Virus record (IMG/VR): IMGVR_UViG_3300046167_000553 | Span: 693 to 64,692 of that record | DNA: 64,000 nt | DNA from: a virus | Lineage: Duplodnaviria > Caudoviricetes | Direction: 5' to 3' (one strand) | Part shown: positions 35,141 through 46,365 of the stretch, one piece after another | How the letters are laid out: every line of letters begins with the position of its first letter | How positions within the stretch are numbered: position 1 is the first letter of the stretch | The notes under the pieces: generated by a model | Databases searched by the model: none | What the model saw: only the letters and a program-made list of their open reading frames with translations | What the model was told of the DNA's origin: nothing | Program-made: the position numbers and the translations under genes

Positions 35141-36883
35141 TTATTTGACAGTTACTTGTGCTATACCTTGACCGCTTAGCGCGTCATTCTCTTCGTAATA
35201 CGCTGCCCAGTAAGGCGAAGATTGTTCTAACGCAGCGCGAACTAGCTCTTGTTGCATTTCTGGAGACTGCTCTGCGTAACCCTCACTCATCATTAAGGTC
35301 TGCTGTGCAAACTCTCGTGCTTCTCTGAAAGCTTCCTCTCTTTCAATTCTTCCTTTTTGAGCGTCTAGCGCAAGCTGTTTCATTTGTATATCTAACGCAG
35401 CTCTGGCGTCTCTTTGTTTTATTATCTGTGCTGATTCTTCTAGGTCTAACTTTCGATTCTCTCTCGCAACTGCGCTATCGTACTTGTCTTTGTCTTGAAG
35501 TGCAGCGCTTCCCGCCGTCATAATTCTTCCAAAGTTGCGGTTGTTACTATTAACAGCACCTCTTGCAAAAGTCTTGAACTCGTCAGAACGTAACCCTTCT
35601 AAGAATTTTGCAATACCGGTCTTAGGGGCAGGGGTAGTTGCTGATGTTGCTATGCCTTCTTTAGCTGCGGTCTTAGGGTCTAACGTGGTGTCTTGACCGC
35701 TAATTGCATCTAAGCTGTCAAATGGCGTACCCCTAACAACATCTCTACCAAAGTCAGTACCCATAAGATCAAGAAGCTCTTGGTCTTCCTTCGGCAAATC
35801 CTTTTCAACGGCAGGGCCGGTAGTAGTGTCAGCGCTTTCTTGGCTAACCTGTTTGGTTTCACCTTCTTCAGAACTCGTTTCTCTTTCGACACCGTTCAAA
35901 TCCATCATGCGAGCGCCAACGTCTTCAAGATCAATGTCACCTAAGAAGTCAAGAGCGGAACTCCCTGCACTTGCTATATCTTTAAACACATTGTCAGAAC
36001 CTTCAGGCCCGCCAGCAGTCATATATTGCAGCGCCTTGAGTACGGCGTCTTCATCTGAGGTTTTACTATCCTCTTCTTTTCTTTCCGCTATCTTATCTCT
36101 ACCGCTCAGTAATTCGTCTTCTGTGGGTGACGTTAGAAGCTCATCTTTCAAAACACCAGTTTGTTCGTCATCAGGCGTTAGAATAGCCATAAGCTCTGCA
36201 ACGATAGCTGGCTCCAAGTCGCCAATTCTTTCTAAAAGAACATCGCCGTCTTGCTCGTCACGAAGGCTAGGCGCGAAGTAGTACTCGTCATCTTGAGAAA
36301 GTGGGTCGCCAGAATTAGTTATAATTTCGGAAAGAGGGTCATCTGCTCTGTAAGGGGTTATCTTCTGTTCTTCGTCAACGTCACCACCTACTTTAAAGTT
36401 AACAATACCACCACTTGCCATGCCCATAGGACGCGTAGGTAATCCTGCAACACCGCCCATTGGATTAGGACGTTGGCCTTGTGCACCAGCTATGCCTTGA
36501 GGTGCGCCTTGCATGGGAGGACGAGGACGAGCGCCAGCAATACCAGCGGGAGGCATACCGCCCATAGGAGGCCGACCACCCATAGCGGGATTAGGCATAC
36601 CACCCATAGGGGGGCGAGGAACAGACATACCCATTTGTTGAGCAACTTCTTGCTGAGTCCTCTGTTGAATCTCTTTCTCACGTTGCCCCTTTATGGTGTC
36701 AGTGGGAATGTTACCTGCGGCAGCGGCTTGCATTTGCTTAGCAACCGCATTTTTATCCGATTGTAGTTTTTGCAAAGTAAGAAGATCAAGCAAATCTTTA
36801 CTGTAGCTGTAACGCTGTGCAAGCTTAGCGGGGTTTCCAGAAAACGCTCTAACCCTGTCGTTAATTTGCTGGTCGATGCTCAT
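35141..36883 (-). CDS. Internal virion protein
   Basis: 580 aa; P/M/G-rich segment, MASGGIV.F motif, acidic middle. Confidence 0.75.
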   Translation of the reverse strand: MSIDQQINDRVRAFSGNPAKLAQRYSYSKDLLDLLTLQKLQSDKNAVAKQMQAAAAGNIPTDTIKGQREKEIQQRTQQEVAQQMGMSVPRPPMGGMPNPAMGGRPPMGGMPPAGIAGARPRPPMQGAPQGIAGAQGQRPNPMGGVAGLPTRPMGMASGGIVNFKVGGDVDEEQKITPYRADDPLSEIITNSGDPLSQDDEYYFAPSLRDEQDGDVLLERIGDLEPAIVAELMAILTPDDEQTGVLKDELLTSPTEDELLSGRDKIAERKEEDSKTSDEDAVLKALQYMTAGGPEGSDNVFKDIASAGSSALDFLGDIDLEDVGARMMDLNGVERETSSEEGETKQVSQESADTTTGPAVEKDLPKEDQELLDLMGTDFGRDVVRGTPFDSLDAISGQDTTLDPKTAAKEGIATSATTPAPKTGIAKFLEGLRSDEFKTFARGAVNSNNRNFGRIMTAGSAALQDKDKYDSAVARENRKLDLEESAQIIKQRDARAALDIQMKQLALDAQKGRIEREEAFREAREFAQQTLMMSEGYAEQSPEMQQELVRAALEQSSPYWAAYYEENDALSGQGIAQVTVK

Positions 36884-36893
36884 TTATTAATCC

Positions 36894-38240
36894 TCAATCT
36901 GGAAACAGTATGTCTAAAATATCGCCTACGCCCGAAGCCCCGCCAAGTATTTCTTGTAGGAGGTTAATATCACCATACTCGTTTTGCCTAGCCGTAATGG
37001 GCAGACCTTGCAATAAAGACTGTTGAAACAGTAATTGCTCGTAAGGGAAGTCGCGCTCTTGCTGGAACTGAGCGTAATCGGCAGAAAGGGCTTCCTGCTG
37101 CATATCTCTTTCTGTACTACCTAGCATGGCTTGCTGATTAATCAAGTCACTTTGGGCAGCTAAGTTACGAAGTCCTGCTGTACCTGCTTTATCATAAGCA
37201 CCTAACTGAGAAGTCAAAGCATCTAGTCCAAACGCAGACTCGTATTGTCGATCTTTCTGACTCAGTTGATCTGCGGTCACACCGTACTTAGCTGCTAAGT
37301 CGCGATCTTTCAAGCCCATCTCATCGGCAGCTAAGCCATACTTAGCGGCTAAATCACGATCTTTCAAGCCCATCTCATCGGCAGACAGGCCGTACTTAGC
37401 GGCTAAGTCGCGATCTTTCATGCTCATTTCGTCAGCGGCCAAGCCAAACTTAGCACGCTGCGCTGCCGATTCAAGACCTTGTTGCCCTGCTACTTGCATA
37501 GAGCGGTCTTGTGCAATTTGAGCTTGTAGGTCGCGACCTTGATCTGCACCGAAAGCACTCAAGGCTTTATCGTAGGCAGTGTTGTAGCCTTGTGTCAGCA
37601 TTTGGTTTTGCTTATCCATTAGGTTTCGGTTTAGTTCCGAATCCATAATAGCTTGGCGTGATCCACCGAAAGCACCGGCTTGTGTCAATCTACTGGCATC
37701 ACCTAACCTAGATACCTCTGCCTGTCGCCTAGACTCATCCAACATTGGATTAAGTGCGCTCTGAACATAAGGGTTCATGTATTGCTGAGCGTAGTCTTGG
37801 TTAAATGCGTCGGTGCTAATATTACCGGCTTGGTACATACCATCAGGTACTTCATACTGACTTTGATAGCCGCCATCTTGCGCTTGATACTGACTGCTGT
37901 ATGGGGTATTGGCTTGCTGAAACTGACTGCCGTACGTACCTTGACCTTGGAACTGACTGGCATAGTCCTGAGCATCGTAATCCATCGCACCCATCTGATT
38001 GGCAACGTTGGTCATCGAATCAGCGCCATACATTGCAGCGTCAGGAACGGCCAAACCCGCAATGCCAGAAAAGGCATCTTGCAGGTTTTGATTCATTTCA
38101 GGAGTAAGTTGACCGCCGTAGGACTGATAGGGTGTTTCTGATAAACCCCATCCTTTTCCAAGCATATCAGCAATATACGGGCCAATCCATTCAGCTAACG
38201 TAGATTGTGTGCCAACGAGAGGGGCATCGCCTTCTGCCAT
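36894..38240 (-). CDS. Internal virion / DNA transfer protein
   Basis: Q/A-rich; YMNPY, GAFGGSRQA; 18-aa repeats ADEMGLKDRDLAAKYGL. Confidence 0.8.
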   Translation of the reverse strand: MAEGDAPLVGTQSTLAEWIGPYIADMLGKGWGLSETPYQSYGGQLTPEMNQNLQDAFSGIAGLAVPDAAMYGADSMTNVANQMGAMDYDAQDYASQFQGQGTYGSQFQQANTPYSSQYQAQDGGYQSQYEVPDGMYQAGNISTDAFNQDYAQQYMNPYVQSALNPMLDESRRQAEVSRLGDASRLTQAGAFGGSRQAIMDSELNRNLMDKQNQMLTQGYNTAYDKALSAFGADQGRDLQAQIAQDRSMQVAGQQGLESAAQRAKFGLAADEMSMKDRDLAAKYGLSADEMGLKDRDLAAKYGLAADEMGLKDRDLAAKYGVTADQLSQKDRQYESAFGLDALTSQLGAYDKAGTAGLRNLAAQSDLINQQAMLGSTERDMQQEALSADYAQFQQERDFPYEQLLFQQSLLQGLPITARQNEYGDINLLQEILGGASGVGDILDILFPD

Positions 38241-38252
38241 AATGATTTACCT

Positions 38253-39092
38253 TTAGTTTGGTAAGAACTTGTTTGGTTTAATTTCAGTACCTTGGCTTTT
38301 CTGACCTGTACGAGCTTGCCGTATACGATCCATCATATCATAAAGTTCTTTAGCACCAGCATTGGAATTACCGTTGCCTAAGTGACTTACTACATCAGCA
38401 GGGACTACAAACTCACCGTCGCTAAGAGCAGCTTCTTGTGCGCCACCAATATTGGCCGGTATCTGATCAGCCATACCGTCTGTAACGCCGCCAAGATAAT
38501 AGCCTTGCGCGGGCTGCATTGATGCTAAGCCGCCTTGAGCAAACGTTAAGTCTTGAGGAACTTGACCTAAATCTTCAGTTATTCCATATTCGCTTAATCT
38601 TTCAAGTAACCTACTTAGGAAGTCACCACTGTACTGATCTTGGCTTTGTTGGACTTCTGAAGTGGTGGGAGTATAGCCGTAATCTATCGGAGTTGAAAAA
38701 GGATTGTCTGCCAAATCAACGCCAGCAACAATGTCTTGCGCCTGTTGATTTACAAAAGCATCGGCTTCTTCGTAAGTAGGTATTTGCAAGCCTTCAGGAA
38801 CGTCATCTTGATTCTTCTGAACACCCTTTGGTAAAGAATACACCATATCGCTAAAGTAGCGTCGTCCCAAGTTACCTACGCCTCTGTTCATTGCTTCACT
38901 TTCGTAGTCGTAAGGAGCTTGCTCACGGTTAGCTTTGAATTTCTCAATCTTACCTTGATAGCCGACTGGGCGTGTATTTTCTTGAGAAAGCCCCAATAAC
39001 GGTATAATTGCACCTAGACCTGCGCCTATTGCATCTTTGTTATCCCCAAATATATCAAAGGCTTTATCAATTACGTCGTCAAACCAACTCAT
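38253..39092 (-). CDS. Internal virion-associated protein
   Basis: G.TDGMAD.IPA, LSDGEFVVPADVVSHLGNG.S.AGA motif. Confidence 0.8.
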   Translation of the reverse strand: MSWFDDVIDKAFDIFGDNKDAIGAGLGAIIPLLGLSQENTRPVGYQGKIEKFKANREQAPYDYESEAMNRGVGNLGRRYFSDMVYSLPKGVQKNQDDVPEGLQIPTYEEADAFVNQQAQDIVAGVDLADNPFSTPIDYGYTPTTSEVQQSQDQYSGDFLSRLLERLSEYGITEDLGQVPQDLTFAQGGLASMQPAQGYYLGGVTDGMADQIPANIGGAQEAALSDGEFVVPADVVSHLGNGNSNAGAKELYDMMDRIRQARTGQKSQGTEIKPNKFLPN

Positions 39093-42000
39093 ATCTGTAT
39101 TCCCATTGAGTTAAGAAAGTCATCAACATCTGAGTCCGTATCGTAGTCGTATGATGTATCTGAACCGTTGCCGTAAAGCAAATCGTCTATATACGAGTCC
39201 AGTTCGGCTTCTTGTTGACTTGCACCTACAGACTGAACTGTTGGTGCTTGCCCTCCTGCAACGCCCAATTCTCTCATTAACTCATCAAGAGGGCCACTAT
39301 ATTCGTAACTTTCTATGTTTGTTACATTTTCAGGAGCAGTGCTTGTATTGGTGCGTGAAGCACCCGAAACCTGAGTAGCAGTCCCATCACCGTCACCGTT
39401 ACGTCGGTGTCACCGTCACCGTTACCGTCACCGTCACCCACACAACGTTCTAGGGTGAAATCAAAGGTAAATCCAGCCTTACAGTCGCCACAGCCACCTT
39501 CGTCTAATTGAACGGCATTGGGATCATTACATTCTCCAACGCAATTTCCCGTAGCTCCACCGCCTAAACTTAGACCTGTTCTGACAAAACCCTCTTCACA
39601 TGGGCCGCAGCTTCCATCGTCATTGACGGTAGCATTAACATCTTCACAAGTTCCAGTTCCGTCGCCGCCTTCTTGGCATATACCGTTAGCGTCTTTTTCG
39701 TAGCCCTCGTTGCAGTCCCCGCAAGCGCCTTGCTGCCCATAGGTTGTGCTGTTGGGATCACCGCATTCTCCGGTGCCTTGGCAATTGCCATCGGCGTCCT
39801 TTACATATCCTGATTTACAGGGGCCGCACTCTCCCTCTTGTTCATAGGTAGTGCTATTAGGATCACCACAAGTACCATCACCAGTACCATCACCAGTGTC
39901 ACCCTTACAACCGCCGTTAGGGTCTTGATTATTGGGATCATCGCAAGCCCCCACACACAGTCCAGTAGTTTGGTTCTTTACAAATCCCTCTTTGCATGGG
40001 CCGCAGCTTCCATCGTCATTGGTGGTGGCGTTCGCATCGCCACAAGTTTCACCCTCACCGTCAACAGGGCCATCGCCACCGCCGGTACTAGCTACACACA
40101 GTCCCGTCTCATCATCTTTTACGTAACCTGATATACAGTCACCGCACGCCCCGAAAGCTCCTTCTAACGCGTTAGGGTCATCACAAACGGCTGTACAGTT
40201 GCCGTCTATATCTTTTGTAAAACCTTCATTACAGTCGCCACACGCGCCATTTTGGCCGTAAGTAGAGCTATTGACATCATTACAAGTTTGTCCAGCTGGG
40301 CCTTCAGTGGTATCTGCAATGCAGTCGCCATCTTCATTTTCAGTGTATCCAGCCTTACAGCCTAGACAGCCTCCATTTGGGTCTTCATCTCTATTTAATT
40401 CGGTACAGTCAGGGCCTTCTCCACCGTCAACAGGGCCATCTATAGTTGTGTCTGTTTCTTCGCACAGACCTGTTTCTATGCTTTTGGTAAATCCTTCTTT
40501 ACAAGGGCCGCATCGCTTAGTCTCAGGATTGACGGTTGCATTAGGATCGCCGCACAAAGAAGTAGTTTCTTCAACTGACTCACACTGTCGGCTGTTAGGA
40601 TCGCGTTCAAAGCCCGCATTACAAGGGCCACACTCACCGGCAGTCCCGTAAGTGCTGCTGTTTGGGTCTGAGCAAACAGGTTCAACTACAGGTGGATTAA
40701 TAACTGTAGTGGTGCCGTCTTCTTCACAGACACCCGTTTCTGTATTTTTTGTAAATCCAGCATTACAAGGGCCGCATTCACCCGCTTCTCCATAAGTAGT
40801 GCTATCGGGATCAGTGCATCTTGTTACACAGTTACCATCCGAGTCTTCAACAAGATCACCGGCACATTCTCCACAACCCCCTGCTGGATTTTGCAACCTA
40901 GTAGGGTCATCGCACTCTTCTATGCAGTTTCCGTTACCATCGTCAAATGAACCGGCTGGACAACCGCTAGGTGGAGGGTCTACGCAGTTGCCGTTACCGT
41001 CATCAATTTTACCGGCTGGGCAACCTTCATTTGGGTTTCCATCTGGGTTTGTTGGGCCATCGCCGTTTCCGTCAGGGCAAAGATCAAAATACTGACCTGT
41101 AGGTTTATAGCGAATAATGCAGTCGGTTATTGTTTCGTAACAATCGCTATTGTTTATATCACCCCCGTCAGGACAGGGTGTATCACCAGTTGAGACTTCT
41201 AGATTTGATTCACAAACTTGATATTCTTTCCCGTCGTTTTCTCCCCCATCTTTACATCGGGCAGTGAAACATCCATCAGCGTCTATTTCTGAAATACGCT
41301 CATAGTCGCCACATAGCTGATTAATTTGCTCGCCTTCTTCTAATACCGTAGTACCATCGCCGTTTCCGTCAGGGCAAACGTCATACTCAACACCTGTAGG
41401 TTTATAGCGAATAGTGCAGTCGTCTATTGCTTCGTAACAATTGCTATTGTATATATCACCGCCGTCAGGACAGGGTGTATCACCAGTAACATCAACCGAA
41501 TCATCACCTACGGTTCCGCTACCTTCTACGGGGTTTATTGTAGTAGGCACACATATAAGGGGTGCAGTTCCGCCGAACCCTAAATAGTCTGGGTCGGGCT
41601 GCAAAGTGCCTCTAACGCCGTTAGTTACACAAGGATCACCTGCCTTTGGGTCGTCTTCGGTAACTGGGTCGTCTTCGGTAACTGGGTCTTCAACTTGGCC
41701 TTCAACTACTACTATTTCTTCGCACATATCCCATACAAGACCGTTGGGTTTATAGCGAATATAGCAATCGTTACCTTCTACTGGTTCCCAGCAATCGGGA
41801 TCGCTAAGCTCATTACTACACTCTCCATCAGATATGGGGTCTAGCGTCTCGTTATCGGGGTCTGGGTCTGGGGTGTAAGTCGTGCCACTTAGTACCTCAT
41901 ATTCTTCAAGTAAATCATTGACTCTATCAAAGTCTCCCGATTGTTCTGCTTCTAGAAGCTCATCAAGAATTTGATCTAACGTTCTATCGCCACCGGATTC

Positions 42001-42633
42001 ACTAGAGGGGCTAGAGTCTTCAGTCGCTTCTTCAGTCGCTTCTTCATTAGTTTCTTCATCACTAGATTCACTAGATTCTTCAGTCTCTTCTTCTTCTTCT
42101 GCCGGTGGTATGCCTATAATAATTTCTTGAGTTTCGTTATTAAGGACTATGGGATCGCCGTTTGAAATGCCCGTTACCGTGTAAAGCTCTGGATCAAACA
42201 ACGCATCAATTTGTGCTTCATAATCGTCAATGAGTTCTTGGTTGGGATCAATCTCAACGACTTCGGTTGTTTCTTCTGTATCAGGGCCAGTTCCAGCGTC
42301 CGTACCTTCGTAGTAATCGGCAAGCCAGTCTTGAGCGCGATCATAAGCGGGTGCGTTTTCGCCAATATTGGTAACTTTATCGACAGCATCTTGACCAAAG
42401 TAACAAACTAAGTTATCACCGCTTCCGTGGTGAAAACCTCCGTTAGCGGTGCAACCTTGTTTAAAAGCTCTTACAGCGGCCCTATATGAAGCGTTAGCGC
42501 TTTGTGCGTCTCCCGGCCCTGTAGGTAATTCAGGCGTGCTTTGACCTATGTTGGGATCAAACGTAGACGTATTCTTATCATTTAAAGCGTCGTAATATTC
42601 TTGATCTAGTGTTTGACTGTTATCGGCTGGCAT
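39089..42633 (-). CDS. Large acidic Cys-rich repeat protein (one gene with a 1-bp deletion near 39402)
   Basis: About 12 four-Cys repeats; restoring one base in a GGTAAC repeat joins 39322..42633 to 39089..39277 in a single frame. Confidence 0.75.
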
Positions 42634-42653
42634 TATTTATTCCTTAGCATCCA

Positions 42654-43257
42654 TTAGCCATTACTCACAAACGATAACGATGCATATACTGAAGGCACTC
42701 CGCCGTGAACCCCATCGTCAGCTTCGGCTGTTAGACTTAAGCTAGTGTTGTCTACATCAGCAGCAATTTCAATGTAATCACCCGCACTCAAAGCAAGCTG
42801 TTCAGTCAAGGTAATCGACCCTGAGACGGCGTTATTAAACTCTCTAGTAGCGGCTGTCATTGGCATTGTTACTCCGTTCTTTTGAACAAAAATATAAGCC
42901 GAAGTGTTACCGCTAGATGTGTTGAAATGGCAGTTAACGTGCAATGCAAACACACCATCGTCAGTCACATTTAGCCTACTGGCGTTTGTAAGAAACACAC
43001 CGCTGGATAAGTTAGTATCAGTAAACGTTAACGGCTGGGCGAACGTTAGAGGCTACAAAAGTCTGAGTAACATCACTAAAAAACGCACCGTGAGGCTTAT
43101 AAATAAAACGACCTCCCCCGCCAGCTACATCTGGCTCAGTTAGCGTAACCAGAACTGCTGTAATTCTATTAAAAAACAGTCGTAATACGTTGTTATAGCC
43201 AGTTGCCGAAGTCTCTGGTAACGCGGGTGACTGTGGCTTATTTAACAGATTTGCCAT
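42654..43257 (-). CDS. Tail-associated protein with a C1q-like beta C-terminus (1-bp insertion near 43041)
   Basis: NVLRLFFN N-terminus; removing one base joins the two track ORFs (604 = 603+1 bp). Confidence 0.7.
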
Positions 43258-45144
43258 TAACGTCTACCGTCAGTCCGTATGTCAATGCGAGGTAAGCCCA
43301 ACTGCCAAGAAACGCCAATGTCGTCAGAGTCAAGCTGAAACACAAGCTGTCTGCCTCTGACTCTTATATTTAACTGTTCTGTAAACTTCTCTACAGTACC
43401 GCCTGAGCTTTTAATTATCTCACCAGCGCTAAGTCCACCTTCCGAAGCAGGGGATTGATAACCGGCTCCAGCGTTTTTAAGACCTTGCACCCTTACATTT
43501 ACACTAGGGTCAGGAATAGTTGACCCGTCGAACGTCACATCAGGCAGCATTCTCCACATAAAGGAAAACTGATCGCCGTCACCAATGTCTGTCTGTGCAG
43601 AGGTAATATGAGATGAAATCGCTACAGCAGTATTTCCTGTTTGATCGTCATAACCGACTTCATGCTCTACAATCTTTTGACTGTAAGTGGCAGCTAAAAC
43701 CGCTGATTTGTCTTCCCATGCACTACGTTCTAAATTACCGTGATACCACAAGCCTTCTGCATAGTTAAAGATAACGTACTTGTCAGGTCGATCACTGTTT
43801 GCTGAAGGGTAGAACCACCAAACTTCACCAAATTCGTCATTAGTCCCGGCGAATACTTGTTCAAGCTGAGAAGTGTTTATGTCGTTAAATACATAGCGCA
43901 ATAGAGAACAAGGAAGAGCCTTTACTTGGCCGCTGTAGGCATAAAACTCATTAACACCCATCCAGTAGGTAACACCATCAGCATAAATAGCTGAGTTTTT
44001 TGAAGCTATTGTTAGGTTATCGCCCACAATCTGAGAACCCCAAACAATAGGTGCACCTAAATACTGTAAAGAATATAAAGAGGTGTCAGTCCAGACCAAT
44101 AGTTCCTGCCGTGCTTGCACCGCACTGACGATGCGACTGCCTCTAGACAAACGTAAGCTGCCCGCTTGATTAGTAGCACTAGGTTGCCACTGCAAATAGC
44201 TTTCTTGGTCTGACCAACGAACAAGAAGGGGGTCTTTTATCGAAGTAAACACATCGTTAGTACCCAAGCAGAATACGAATCGGCTTACATCAGATACGAA
44301 AACTAGGTTTTGACTAAGTGGAACCTGATTGGCGCCCGGGCAAGGTATCTATTTTAACTGCCCTGCTATTTACACCAGCAGACAAATCCCAAAGAAACAA
44401 TGACCCTTCAGAGGGTGATAATATTAAGTCTTCTCCAAAGTTAAACAGCGACCATGTTCTCGCTCGCTGAAACAAGTTCTCATCTTCAGATTCACCCCAA
44501 CCCAAATTGTTCCACGGCCCAGCGCCCCAACCAGAAACAGGCTGATTAATTGGTACACCACTTAGTATCTGATACTCTGCAATTGTTGCAGCGCCCCCAC
44601 CAGATGCCACAGTGCCATCAGCCACTAAGGTATCGCCATTGCTGTCAGTAGCTAAAATTTTGTAATTAGAGCCATCAACAATCTCAATGATTTGATACTC
44701 TTTATTCAACACTGAGGCAAGTATGTTAGTAGCACCTAGCCCTACGGCGTTGCTAAAAGTAACGAAATCGTTAACAGATGCAGTGTGACCTATATCAGTA
44801 ACTAAAATCTCAGCACTTCCTGATGTAGAACTAAAAGTAGCTTCACCAGAAGTAGTCGTGTCTCTGATAGGCGTAATGTCGTAAAACGCACCACCTATGT
44901 CTATATAAAGTTTAGTGTGCGTACCATAGGCTCTAAATAGGACGCCGCTAAGAGAGTTCCAAGAAAAGATAGATCGGCACACACCGTTATAAGTTGCTTG
45001 ACTTACGCTAGACCAACCACCTATTTTCTCAGGCAAACCTTGTCTAAAGCGAACCTTGTCACTGTCATACCAACCGCCTTCTGCGGCATACCGCGTAGTT
45101 TCTTTATTGATACCCGCCTTAAACTGTAGCTTCTGCAAGGGCAT
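43257..45144 (-). CDS. Tail nozzle / DNA-stabilisation-like protein (1-bp insertion near 44337)
   Basis: MPLQKLQFKAGINKE.T, DPLLVRWSDQE, TNQAGSLRL, DGRR end; span 1888 = 1887+1 bp. Confidence 0.8.
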
Positions 45145-45500
45145 TAGTAGCTCCAAATACGAGGATAAGGTAAGTCCAAGTCGTGATCTAAATGGATAAA
45201 CCTACTGTTCCCTTTTTGATTAATACCAATACGGGGAATGTTATGTTGTATCGCTACTTGCAGTAACCGGTATGCTTTTTGTCCAGAAACGGCTATGTCA
45301 ACAGCCTTGCCAGAGGCGTGTGCGCCAACAGTATCTTTGGCTACCTCAATGGGGTGGTTAGGGCATCTATAACCAGAGCTAATGGGTAAAGGGAAACCGC
45401 AATCATGGCGAATGCTGTTGAGTATGCTTTTAAAATCGTCATCGAAAACCAGACCTCCACAATGCTGGCATTTTAGCTCGTCGTCGCTAAAGTAATTCAT
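45144..45500 (-). CDS. Endolysin, peptidase M15 family
   Basis: YFS..EL.C.HCG, SSGYRC..H, H..G.AVDI, FIHLD; probable ATG 45500. Confidence 0.88.
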   Translation of the reverse strand: MNYFSDDELKCQHCGGLVFDDDFKSILNSIRHDCGFPLPISSGYRCPNHPIEVAKDTVGAHASGKAVDIAVSGQKAYRLLQVAIQHNIPRIGINQKGNSRFIHLDHDLDLPYPRIWSY

Positions 45501-45892
45501 TGCTTCATAATCTTGGCTATTTTCTCCGCACTGCGACCAACAACGTAACCACCGAGGCCCAGTTCTAAAAGAACCCATGCCTCTTTTTTAAGCTCGTTTG
45601 GTAGCCAGCCCAGAGAATCGCCAACGACGAGGACTAGAAAGGTCAGCATTGTGATGGGTCGCCAGTTCGCCGTCAACCAATGTTTTGACGAAGCTTCAGC
45701 ATGTACGTTTTTTGCTCTAGTTTCTAGAATTTCACGCTCATAAGTGAACGCTTGTTGCATAGCTGCGGCCTGTACGTCAAGTAGATGGGATTTGGCTGTC
45801 AGCTTTTCCTCAGTGCTAGTGTGCAGGTTGTCAACCAGATCGGCGGCAGGTTTAAAAATTCCCGCGATTAAGTCTGTGACACCTAAAGACAT
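45497..45892 (-). CDS. Holin (GTA-type 3TM holin-like)
   Basis: EEKL.AK, WL..NWRP, hydrophobic helices, LGGYVVGRS.EK. Confidence 0.8.
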   Translation of the reverse strand: MSLGVTDLIAGIFKPAADLVDNLHTSTEEKLTAKSHLLDVQAAAMQQAFTYEREILETRAKNVHAEASSKHWLTANWRPITMLTFLVLVVGDSLGWLPNELKKEAWVLLELGLGGYVVGRSAEKIAKIMKQ

Positions 45893-46146
45893 TACTTATC
45901 AGCCTTCTTATCTAGCTTGTGATCTATTGAGTCTAACTTGTTGAATATTCTATTAAACTCTTGACGTAATTCGTCGCGAGTGGGGTAAACTTCAGCTACT
46001 CTTACTTCAAGTTCATTGATTTTTTCGGACAACTTATCATCTACTTTTTGCAAATCTCTAACAGCTTCCCAGATAGATTTCAGAATCCACCCGAACACGC
46101 CGCCGCATAAACCTAACAATATATTTATAAAACTCTGAGATTCCAC
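45892..46146 (-). CDS. Single-TM plus coiled-coil lysis-module protein
   Basis: N-terminal TM; FNKLDSIDHKLDKKADK C-terminus. Confidence 0.7.
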   Translation of the reverse strand: MESQSFINILLGLCGGVFGWILKSIWEAVRDLQKVDDKLSEKINELEVRVAEVYPTRDELRQEFNRIFNKLDSIDHKLDKKADK

Positions 46147-46188
46147 AACAACGTCCTCAAAACTGATTAATAGATTCGCTGATTGTAC

Positions 46189-46365
46189 CTAATCGTCGCT
46201 ACCTAATCCAGACAAGGGGTAAACTTCCCCACACTCAGCGCACTCCAAGGCGTGTAAAAGGTCGCACTGGTCATAGGTCTGCCAAGTAAAGATACTTGAG
46301 CCACACTCGCCACATGATCGGTCATAAGCTTCTGATTTATCAGGAAAATCTATAACATTAGCCAT
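46189..46365 (-). CDS. Small Zn-ribbon protein (58 aa)
   Basis: Hand translation MANVIDFP...CGECG...CAECG; overlaps the upstream stop. Confidence 0.65.
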   Translation of the reverse strand: MANVIDFPDKSEAYDRSCGECGSSIFTWQTYDQCDLLHALECAECGEVYPLSGLGSDD

